Origin: Raja brachyura
Taxonomy: Eukaryota
DNA length: 64,000 nt
Assembly (NCBI GenBank): GCA_963514005.1
Contig: OY740814.1
Span: 13,950,001 to 14,014,000 of the forward strand
Direction: 5' to 3'
Within the stretch, counting starts at the first letter, position 1, and each line of letters begins with the position of its first letter. A program made the position numbers and the translations under genes. The notes beneath the pieces are model-generated. The model did no database searches, was not told the origin of the DNA, and saw nothing but the letters and a program-made list of their open reading frames with translations. This document shows, piece by piece, positions 25,401 through 35,499 of this stretch.

Positions 25401-27019
25401 CAGAGCCCTCCATAATGTTTGGCCACAAAGACCCATCATTTATTTATTTGCATCTGTACTCCACAATTTAGGATTTGTAATAGAAAAAAAAAATCACATG
25501 TGGTTAAAGTGCACATTGTCAGATTTTATTGAAGGGTATTTTTATACATTTTGGTTTCACCATGTAGAAATTACAGCTGAGTTTGTACATAGTCCCCCCA
25601 TTTCAGGGCACCATAATATTTGGGACACATGGCTTCAAAGGTGTTTGTAATTGCTCAGGTGTGTTTAATTGCCTCCTTAATGTAGGTATAAGAGAGTCTC
25701 AGCACCTAGTCTTTCCTCCAGTTTTTCTATCACCTTTGGAAACTTTTATTGTTGTTTATCAACACAAGGACCAAAGTTGCGCCAATGAAAGTCAAATGAG
25801 CCATTATGAGACTGAGAAACAAGAATAAAACTGTTAGAGACCTTAGGCTTACCAAAATCAAATGTTTGGAACATCATTAAGAAGAAAGAGAGCGCTGGTG
25901 AGCTTACTAATCACGAAAGGACTGGCAGACCAAGGAAGACCTCCACAGCTGATGACAGAGGAATTCTCTCTGTAATAAAGAAAAATCCCCAAACACCTGT
26001 CCGACAGATCAGAAACACTCTTCAGGAGTCAGGTGTGGATTTGTCAATGACCATTGTCCGCAGAAGACTTCATGAACAGAAATACAGAGGCTACACTGGA
26101 AGATGCAAACCACTGGTAATCCGCAAAAATAGGATGACCAGGTTACAGTTTGTAAAAGAGCAACCACAGTTCTGGAAAAAGGTCTTGTGGACAGATGAGA
26201 TGAAGATTAACATATCAGAGTGATGGCAAGAGCAAAGAGTGGAAGAAAGAAGGAACTGCCCAAGATCCAAAGCATGCCACCTCATCTGTGAAACACGGTG
26301 GTGGGGTGTTATGCCCTGGGCATGTATGGATGCTGAAGGTACTGGCTCACTTATCTTCATTGATACAACTGCTGATGGTAGTAGCATAATGAATTCTGAA
26401 GTGTATAGACACATCCTATCTGCTCAAGTTCAAACAAATGCCTCAAAACCCATTGACCGGTGGTTCATTCTACAGCAAGACAATGACCCCAAACATACTG
26501 CTAAAGCAACAAAGGAGTTTTTCAAAGCTAAAAAAATGGTCAATTCTTCAGTGGCCAAGTCAATCGCCCGATCTGAACCCAATTTAGCATGCCTTTTATA
26601 TGCTGAAGAGAACACTGAAGGAGACTAGCCCCCAAAGCAAGCATAAACTAAAGATGGCTGCAATACAGGCCTGGCAGAACATCACCAGAGAAGACACCCA
26701 GCAACTGGTGATGTCCATGAATCGCAGACTTCAAGCAGTCATTGCATGCAAAGAATATGCAACAAAATACTAAACATGACTACTTTCATTTACGACATTG
26801 CTGTGTCCCAAACATTATGGTGCCCTGAAATGGGGTGACTATGTATAAACACTGCTGTAATTTCTACATGGTGAAACCAAACTGTATAAATATGGCCTTT
26901 AAATCTGACAACGTGCACTTTAAACACGGGATTTTCTTCTAGTACAAATGTCAAATTGTGGAGTACAGAGGCAAATAAATAAATGATGGGTCTTTGTCCC
27001 AAACATTATGGAGAGAACT
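25401..27019 (+). mobile_element. Second Tc1 family transposon (IR/DR), decayed transposase
   Basis: About 230-bp TIRs with direct repeats ccataatgtttgggaca; WTDE and QQDNDPKH motifs; TA flanks. Confidence 0.9.
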
Positions 27020-27488
27020 TATGAAACGATTCCCCATGGCACGGGTATCTAAGACCCGAAGGCCTAAGGTTAAAGTAAGACGTTTAGAGGGGATATGAAG
27101 AAAAACGAATGTTGTAAAGTCTTGGAACACAATAGTACAGCACAGGAAAAGGCTCATCGGCCCATCGTGGAAATTATTCCAATGTGAACCAATCAGATCT
27201 GCCTCCTTACAGCCCATATACCACCTCTTCCCTGCATGTTTATGTATGTCTTATTTTTTTTCTTAAACGTTGCTACAATATCTGTTTATCCCACATTTAC
27301 CACCCTTTGTGTAACAAAAAACTTGGCTCTTAAATCTTTCAACTTTCATCCTCTCTTAAATTTTTGCTCACTAATATTTGTCACTTCCACTGGGAAAAAG
27401 ACTAGTTATCTACTCTACCTATGTCTCTCAATGTTATATATTTTTAATCAGGTCTTTTTTTGCCATCCTAAGCTTCATAAAAACTTAC

Positions 27489-27597
27489 AAGAGAATGCTT
27501 GAGCAGACACAGTAGAAGTTAACTGACTGCCATGAAATTCCGCAAATCCAGCATAAGAATTCACTGTCCTCAAATGATAGTCACCATGGTGGGCACC
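27489..27597 (-). CDS. TRPM7: TRPM7 exon ~28 (109 nt) GAHHGDYHLRTVNSYAGFAEFH...AFS
   Basis: tattag acceptor, T|gtaagt donor; resembles human LKRVSSLAGFTDCH. Confidence 0.85.
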
Positions 27598-27704
27598 CTA
27601 ATAAAGAAAGGAGATATTAATAACATTCAATGAACCTCAATACAAAAAGTAGAGTGTGTGAGGGGTGTGGGGAGAGTGGGAAAAGTAAGTACAAATCAGT
27701 GTAC

Positions 27705-27799
27705 CAAATCATGAATGGCTCCCCCAGTTATTTTCTGGTCTTTGAATTTCAGCACTCCTCCAGTTCCTAACTTTGGCAGCTCCAGTACATCTTTGTGGC
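27705..27799 (-). CDS. TRPM7: TRPM7 exon ~27 (95 nt) GHKDVLELPKLG...IHDL
   Basis: tttcag acceptor, TTG|gtacac donor; resembles human GHRDSMDL; phases fit. Confidence 0.8.
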
Positions 27800-28129
27800 C
27801 TGAAATATTTACATTTTAGATGAACAGAATTTATTTTATGGTTGCTAATAAAATGACAATACAAAAGAAAATGTTAGTAAAATACATGCAAATTTGAAAC
27901 GTTTCCGATCTGACCTCGCACGCCTAATCCCTACCAACACAGGTACACTTGACTGCGAAGTAAATGGAAATTGATACTTAAAATAGCAAACACTTTGATA
28001 TAAAAATGTCTTTTACAATTAGTTTTTAATTTAATATTGTAAATGCTTCAATCCGTATACCGTTTCTAATTAAAGTAACTGATTTTTAATTCAAGACCAA
28101 GCAAAGGTCTTATCAATTCAGTCTTATGG

Positions 28130-28615
28130 AAACCATTCAGATGTCAAATCTAGGGCCAGGTGGGGGATGGGGGGGAAACCTTTTAAAATCTCTTACCCCG
28201 ACGGAGATGCGATTTTTATCTGTATCGTATCTCCGTCTGCACTGCAGCCTAACGTCGAGGAGTTGGCGGCCTCTTGCTGGAGACCAACTTCGGGAGCTCC
28301 AACCACGGGAGCCTGCAAGACTTACCATTGTGGAGCTCGCTTTCTCTGGTTAGAGACTGACTTCAGGAGCTCGAAGCCACAGGACCTACGATCGCCCCGA
28401 CTGCAGATGGTTCGATTTCCCGACCCCGGGAGAATAAAGAGGAAGATGATTGTACTTTATTGCCTTCCATCAGTGACAAATCCACTGTGGTGGATGTTTA
28501 TGTTAACTTTTATGCAGTTAGGTGTCTTGTGGCTTTTTATTTAGTATGGCTGTATGGTAATTTGAGTTTCACTGTACCTTAATTGGTACATATAACAATA
28601 AACTGATATTTGAAA
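28130..28615 (+). mobile_element. GC-rich non-autonomous retroposon, related to 52074-52906
   Basis: Shared blocks cgtatctccgtctgc, gccttccatca and cactgtggtggatgtt; tail ttcactgtaccttaattggtaca..acaataaa. Confidence 0.65.
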
Positions 28616-28870
28616 CTTAGAAGTAAGGAAACATTCAGAATTGCTAAAAGCAAGCATGGGTTTGAGGTACAAATCTGAGACATTTAAGAGGATGTAGAAA
28701 TGTTACTGAATTGGGTAAAACAGAATGGAACAGTAGTGCCTTATTCAAGCAACATAAATATAGGAAAAAGTGCAATAAAACCAAGGAGAGTCCCAAGCAG
28801 TGCACCAACAGTGAAGTCACCTGCAACCAGCAGAAGTCCCGTAAAGTTACAGTGGTACAGGAGCTCAAAC

Positions 28871-29296
28871 CTCTAAATTGGGTTTTGTTCCACAGGTCAC
28901 TCAGATGTCCTGAACAGTTCCCAATATTGATATGTTGACTTTGCAATTCGATAACCTGCATGAAGCAATCGTCCAAATTTCTTTGCTCTTTTCTGTATTT
29001 TTCATGGGTCTCTTTACTGGATATGGTGGCTGAAGTCAACTCGCCTGTTTGCAGAGGTCCATTCTTTTCAAATTGGTTCTCAAAGTGGTGCATGGCACTT
29101 GGGTTACATTCAGTGCTTCGGTCATTATTATTATCAGTGTCTGTGCTACTCTCAGTATCAATGAATGCATGATTGAGATATCCTTCAGTCTCATAGCAAG
29201 GTGTGGTACGATTACAGCAACAGAAGCTGCAAGCAGGATGAGAAGGACAGTAGCAAATTTCTTCAGGTAAAGCACAAACAACTTCACTATACTTAC
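28871..29296 (-). CDS. TRPM7: Candidate in-frame 426-nt extension of exon ~26 via an alternative donor
   Basis: Frame stays open past the canonical donor; AGA G|gtttga has the same phase (1) as the canonical donor; no transcript evidence available. Confidence 0.45.
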
Positions 29297-30024
29297 CAAC
29301 AAAGGCCCCAAATTCAACAGAACTCCCGTCAGCATCTACACCAGTTTTAATTGAATCGACCGAATCTGGCACAAGCTCCAACTGGCTTGAACCGCTTGGC
29401 TGAGATGGGGTACTAACAAAAAATTTGGCAGATGGGGAGGAGAGATTTGGTATGCTATGGAATGACTGTCCTGGTTTCTGGTCATTGGTCAAAGACTGAG
29501 TTTTCCCAAGGCCAACATGGCTTCTATGCCTAAGTTCAGAGAGAGCTGCTGCTTTTGGTAATAAGGCACAGCCGGAGGAACCAGCCTCTTGAAAATTCTG
29601 TTCATTTTGTTGGGAACCTGGAAGTAATTCCAGACCAAATTTTCTGCACACCTCCTTTGAGGAAGAGTTAACATATTCTTGAAGAAAACCATCCGTACAG
29701 ATAGAATTGCCAGTGTTAATCCCTCGCTGAGGAAAAGAAGAGCCAAAATATCTTCCAATGCTGTGCTTCTTCAACGAAGTTTTAAGTGGGACATCAGAAA
29801 CATTCTCTCCCAGATTTTTTGAAATGCTGAGCTCACGAGTAATTTCATTGTGCACCTCTGTGGCCTCCGAAGCTTTTTGAGCAGTCAGTGCTTTCAATGT
29901 ATCCACTGTAAGAGCTGACAAGTCCTGCAAGTGCCCTATTTGACTGTCCAATGTTTGCAATGAACGCTTTATATAATTTACTCGATCACCTACTTCTTTT
30001 AATTGGATGGACATATTTTCAACT
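29297..30024 (-). CDS. TRPM7: TRPM7 exon ~26 (728 nt) coiled coil and S/T-rich linker [14 protein letters not shown]...EFGAFV
   Basis: ttag acceptor, G|gtaagt donor; [10 protein letters not shown] and EFGAFVG motifs. Confidence 0.95.
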
Positions 30025-31107
30025 CTAAATAGAAAAGAGAAGAAAAGTCTTCATTACTTCACACTAAACTAAATAAATGAAGATCACAAAATGTCTCAGA
30101 TATACAAACTGTATTTATGCAGCACCGTTTCCCCCAAAATATTTTGCAAGATTAATAAATGGACACCAAATCAAAGGGCTGGTGATAGAAGTGGAGGCCA
30201 AGCTTGGTCAAAGAGGATTTAAAGGGTCTAAAAGCAGTGAAATGGTGTGGTGGGGTGGTGATAGATGGTAGTTCAGACACAGAATTCTAGAGCCTTAGGC
30301 CTAGGTGAGCGAATGCATAAATAATAGTGGGACAAAGAACAAGTTATACAACATCAAAGGCGTTTCAATGGAAGGCCTGGTAAGTGTGAAGATGGGGTTT
30401 CATAGAGATAAAGATGGCAATGACCAAATAATTCAAACACTGACAACTTCACCTTGAGCGTATCAGCAAGAACAAGAGCAGTAGATGAGCAGGATATGGC
30501 AAGGGCAGAGATGTTGCTGGTTTGAGTTGATTTATAGAGGCAGAGAGTATGTCAAGTGGATAGCTATATCCACAAGATGGGCTATAATAAGAGAGAGGTT
30601 ACTTATGAAAATGACGGAAGCTTGGAGTCTGTGTCAATGATGGTACAAGGTCAATAGCTCAAATTATGTTTAAGTATAAACCTATGTGTCATCTGGTTCA
30701 ACAAGCAATGGTAAGAAGGGTAAATGATTCAGTGGTAAGCCTCAAAGATGATAGGTTCGCAGCACTTAACTGGAAAGTTAGGACTTTTAGATAATAAATC
30801 AATTATGAAGCAAAAATATTTTTGAACTATGGGCTTCAACTTTTGAACCCTTCAGGTGGGACATTACGATAGCTTTGAGAAAACAGTTTCATTGAAGATA
30901 CCATTTATTTCAGTAAGTTAAACTTCAACTGGATACAACTTTTAAAGTAGTTTGAATCGAACTACAATTCAACAACAATGCATTATTGTACTGGATGATG
31001 TGTGCCATCAGATGAGCAGCCAGCTCATGCTTACCTGTGCCAGTGGTTCTCATGAAACAGTTGGCATTCAGGCAATGAAACTAGTCCCAAACTAGTGCGT
31101 GCAAACT

Positions 31108-31218
31108 GTGTAGGAAAGAACTGCAGATGCAGAACTCTTGACCCGAAACGTCACCCATTCCTTCTCTCCAGAGATGCCGCCTGTCCTGCTGAGTTACTCC
31201 AGCATTTTGTGTCTACCG
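31108..31218 (+). mobile_element. Short Penelope-pLTR-derived repeat with partial hammerhead core
   Basis: gacccgaaacgtcacccattcc...ctccagcattttgtgtctac. Confidence 0.65.
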
Positions 31219-32009
31219 AGTGTGCGCAAACTCCGTGACTCACTATTTATACTGCCTAACTTTACATGCAATCCAATGCTGGGATCTGGTCGGTGGAAGG
31301 GCAGAAAGAAGGAATCTCGTTGATCTGGTCATACCTGGTTCATGATCAAACAACCAAATGATTTCAATAGCGACTGTTAAACAAAAGAATAGAGACAAGG
31401 CGGAAAATAAGTTATTTTACATTTTTGCTTCTTTTCCATTGGGAAATATACTTTGGCTTTGTCAACTATTTTTTGTTTCTGTCTGCTTAGTTTTAAGAGC
31501 TTTTCATTTTCTATGAATATCAGAGGCATTCAGAGCCTATTGAAATAATTGCAAAATGTTACTTCTGGCAAAGCTTCATCAGCATTGCTGGCCATCAGGG
31601 ATACTGCCTTTGCGCCGTGCAGCTTGAGGTCCCATCTTTCAGACCATACTGCTGGATTCCAGAGGGCCTGTGAGACAACCGGGCCAATAGGGGATGCCCA
31701 GATGGGGTCAGGGGCACCCCAGACACAATTCTGGGCTAGATCTGTAACGAGACTTTAAATTGTCCTAATCTCTCAGTTACAGAGACTATTAAAGAACCTG
31801 TGCTATTTGTACATACCAAGCCATGAAGCACGTCAGAATGGATTACTTAATCTTTTTGTTCTTTTCGGCAAAACGGCAGCTACATTTGCAAAAATATTAG
31901 TAATTGCGGACTATGATACGTCAGTTAGCTGCACAAGATCAAACTGAATCAAAACTTCAGTTTTAAAATAACTAAATTTGGTACTTTAGTTCTTTAAAAA
32001 ATACACTAC

Positions 32010-32142
32010 CTTTCAGAAGTCACTCGAATTCGTTCCTCACTACCTGAATGAAACCGATCCTCTTTTTCATGGAAATATTTGTCCACACATTGCTCTTCAA
32101 AGTCATGCAATTTTTTCTGGTCATCCTCACTTACAAACAGTT
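32010..32142 (-). CDS. TRPM7: TRPM7 exon ~25 (133 nt) [18 protein letters not shown]...RIRVTSE
   Basis: tgcag acceptor, AG|gtagtg donor. Confidence 0.95.
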
Positions 32143-32672
32143 CTGCAAGAGACAAGATTGATGGAAATGTGCAATTTGTTGAGACAATTTTGACAAACGA
32201 AAGCAACAAATTTATTCATCTAAAAACTCTGAAAATCGTACAGCATATAAATCTGAGAATCTGTGGCCTTATATTCATTGAATTTAGGATACGTTAAATT
32301 CCAGATTAACAGGCAAAGATTGCAGGCATTCCAACAAATGCAAAGAAGCAAGAGTTTTGTTGTGAATAAAGGCAAATGTGAAAAGATCTATGAAAATACC
32401 AATAAAAAAAGAATACAATTCTGCAATGAGGAGATACCGAACAAAAATAGTGCAATCAACCCGGAACAGACAAAAGAGGGAAGAGAATTTAAAGTGCCAA
32501 AATTTGTATGTAGCTTGTCATTACAAAAAGTCAAATATGGACTTTTAATCTCTTTAATAAAATCAACTTCATTTAACAGAAAACATTATGATGCCAACTA
32601 ACATATGCAAGAAATCATGCAACTGTAGATCACAGAATAATAATTTTAGCAATTGACATCCTGAATACACTG

Positions 32673-33918
32673 GTAGTCAAAAATGCTGGAGAAACTCAGC
32701 GGGTGAGGCAGCATCTATGGGGCGAAGGAAATAGGCAACGTTTTGGGTCGAAACCCTTCTTCAGACTGATGTGAGGGTGGGGGGGGGGGGGGGGGGGGTG
32801 CGGGAAGAAGAAAGGAAGTAGAGCCAGTGGGCTGAGGGAGAGCTGAGAAGGGGAGGAGAAAGTAGGGACTACCTGAAATTGGAGAAGTCAATGTTCATAC
32901 CGCTGCAGTGCAAACTGCCCAAGCGAAATATGAGATGCTGCTCCTCCAATTTACAGTGGTCCACACATTCAGAATTTATGTCCTCATTCTTCAGGGAACG
33001 GGGGTACCCTTTTTCTACTATAGATGAGACTCTCACTAGGGTCTCTTCCATACACCGTGACTCTGCTCTCACTCCCCCCCCCCCCCCCCCACTCGTAACA
33101 AGGGCAGAGTCCCCTTTATCCTCACCTTCCAACCTACCAGCAGTCACATACAACAAATACTCCTCCAACATTTTCGCTACCCCCAACATGATCCCACCAC
33201 TTGCCACATCTTCCCATCTCCTCCCCTGTCTGCTTTCCGCAGGGACTGCTCCCTCCGTAACTCCCCTGGTCAATTCGTCCCTTCCCATCCGGGCACTTTC
33301 CCTTGCAACTGCAGGAAATGCTACACTTGTCGTTTTACCTCCCCCCTTGACTCCATTCAAGGACCCAAGCAGCCTTTCCAGGTGCGGCAGAGGTTCACCT
33401 GCACCTCCTCCAACCTCATCTATTGTATCCGCTGCTCTACATCAGTGAGACCAAGCGTAGGCTTGGCGATTGCTTCGCCGGACACCTCCGCTCGGTTCAC
33501 AATAACCAACCTGATCTCCCGTTGGCTCAGCACCTCAACTCCCCCTCCCATTCCGAATCTGACCTTTCTGTCCTGGGCCTCCTCCATGGCCAGAGTGAGG
33601 ACCACTGTAAATTGGAGGAGTAGCACCTCATATTTCGCTTCGGTAGTTTGAACCCCAACAGTATGAACATTGACTTCTCTAATTTCAGGTAGTCCCTACT
33701 TTTTCCTTCCCTTCTCAGCTCTCCCTCAGCCCACTGGCTCCACCTCTTCATTTCTTCTTCCCCCCCCCCCCCCCCTCCACTCTCACATCAGTCTGAAGAA
33801 GGGTTTTGACCCGAAACGTTGCCTATTTGCTTCACTTCATAGATACTGTCTTACCCGCTGAGTTTCTCCAGCATTTTTGTCTACTTTCGATTTTCCAGCA
33901 TCTTAAGTTCCTTCTTAA
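32673..33918 (+). mobile_element. Penelope-like element: GIY-YIG endonuclease remnant with inverted pLTR
   Basis: RQRFTCTSSNLIYCIRC / LYISETKRRLGD; about 290-bp inverted arms 32673-32962 and 33599-33884; 17-bp TSD acatcctgaatacactg. Confidence 0.88.
33790..33824 (+). ncRNA. Minimal type-I hammerhead ribozyme motif in the Penelope pLTR
   Basis: CUGAAGA-A-GGGU(UUUG)ACCC-GAAA-CG-UU; stem I weak. Confidence 0.5.
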
Positions 33919-33940
33919 ACATCCTGAATACACTGCTTAC

Positions 33941-34128
33941 TTGGCCCGCCTTGACCTCTGTCATGTTTCTTTCCTTGACGGCAAATGTTAGAGATCATTA
34001 AAGCGAAGTGGCTGAGTATGATGAGAGGTGGCGGTAGCACAGGTTTTTCATGATATGCCATGATAAAATGGTACCGTTGATATTTCCATACAATGTTTGA
34101 AATGGCCTTCACTTGGAAATACACATTG
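33941..34128 (-). CDS. TRPM7: TRPM7 exon ~24 (188 nt) TRP box WKYQR...VLPPPL...GQGGP
   Basis: tttag acceptor, A|gtaagc donor. Confidence 0.95.
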
Positions 34129-34902
34129 CTAAAAAGAAAAATAGAAAATGTATTACCACACGATGGTTGTATTAGTTTTACTGTGCATTGTGATCATTTT
34201 AAATAATTGAAAAAGGATTTAGGCCATTTTACAAAGTTTAATTGACAGAAATTGTTTTCTCAAAAACATTCAAACGCATTAATTACTGAGCGCTGAAATC
34301 TTATTGCCTGATTAATGTTGGTGTTCAAATTATTTTTTCTAATCAAACATCTGAAGTGTGCAATCTCTTCCTGCTCCCTAGGTGACTCTGCCATCAGCTC
34401 CTTAGTTTGCTCTCCAGAATTTTTCCCATAAACCTTTCACACCGTAGCTCTGAGATCACATCTGTTTGACCAAATGCAATGTCAATCCAAACTCCTTTTT
34501 GACTTAATGCCAATTTTCCCTCTTTAAGGCCTTATTTGCATTAAAAGGTTGCCAAAATAAAAACAAGTTGTTGCAAGTATTTTACGCTGCACTACCATGA
34601 CGAACAAGTTGTATTCATTTCGGAAGTTCAAGAAAAGCTCCATTTATGAAAGTAACAAGGTTTAGCCAAAAGGTTTGCTGAAAAAGTAGGCTTCAAAGAG
34701 GACTTAGTGAATCGGAAAACAAAAGGAATTGAGGGACAGAATTACGGGGTAGGAATAATGACAGCCAATTAAAAAGCTATAAACAGCAAGGTGATGAGTA
34801 ATGCTTGTGCTCCCAGGTTCCCACAGAAGTTATACAATATATAAAACTGACTCAATGTGCCCTTTTAATTAACTGTATAACTGGAAGCAAGGATATACTC
34901 AC

Positions 34903-35035
34903 TTGAAAAAGGCAATGAGAAGATTCACCATGAGAATATACTGTACAAAGAGGTAGACTGCTTGTAAAAATGGCGTTATCCAATATCCAATGACACACCG
35001 TTGCCTTGCACCTTCTTCAGTGTTGTTGGCACAGG
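34903..35035 (-). CDS. TRPM7: TRPM7 exon ~23 (133 nt) outer pore loop and S6 [13 protein letters not shown]...MVNLLIAFF
   Basis: taaag acceptor, AA|gtgagt donor; both pore-loop cysteines present. Confidence 0.94.
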
Positions 35036-35354
35036 CTTTATGGAGAAAGGAAATGCAAGGTTGACTAATATGGATTAATTGGAGACATAACAAGTGCTTT
35101 CTTTACATAAAGCTCTTCTAGCTAATGCAAACTGAAATGTTAATAGACAGGTAATAATTTACAGTGTGGAAGGCCAAAGGATTTGCAAAACAAAATACAA
35201 AAATCCTGCAAAAACTGCCATCTTCATCTGAGAGAAGCAAATCGTAATAGTGTAAATGAACCTGTTTAAATAGTTGTGTGAAAGTAAATTCTTAGGATTG
35301 GCTTAGTTTGTTCTCCGAGTTGTTGCGACGGTTATGAGACAACATTGTTGTTTT

Positions 35355-35365
35355 TGTGTGTGTGT

Positions 35366-35396
<31 letters not shown>

Positions 35397-35433
35397 CGTC
35401 TGTGTGTGTGTGTGCGTGTGTCTGTGTGTGTGT
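35355..35433. repeat. Imperfect (TG)n microsatellite
   Basis: Seen directly. Confidence 0.95.
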
Positions 35434-35499
35434 GGGCAGGGGGCGGAGCAGCCATCCTGGCTTTCTTTGGATCCATTTGCTTTCTTCATTTACACATAA

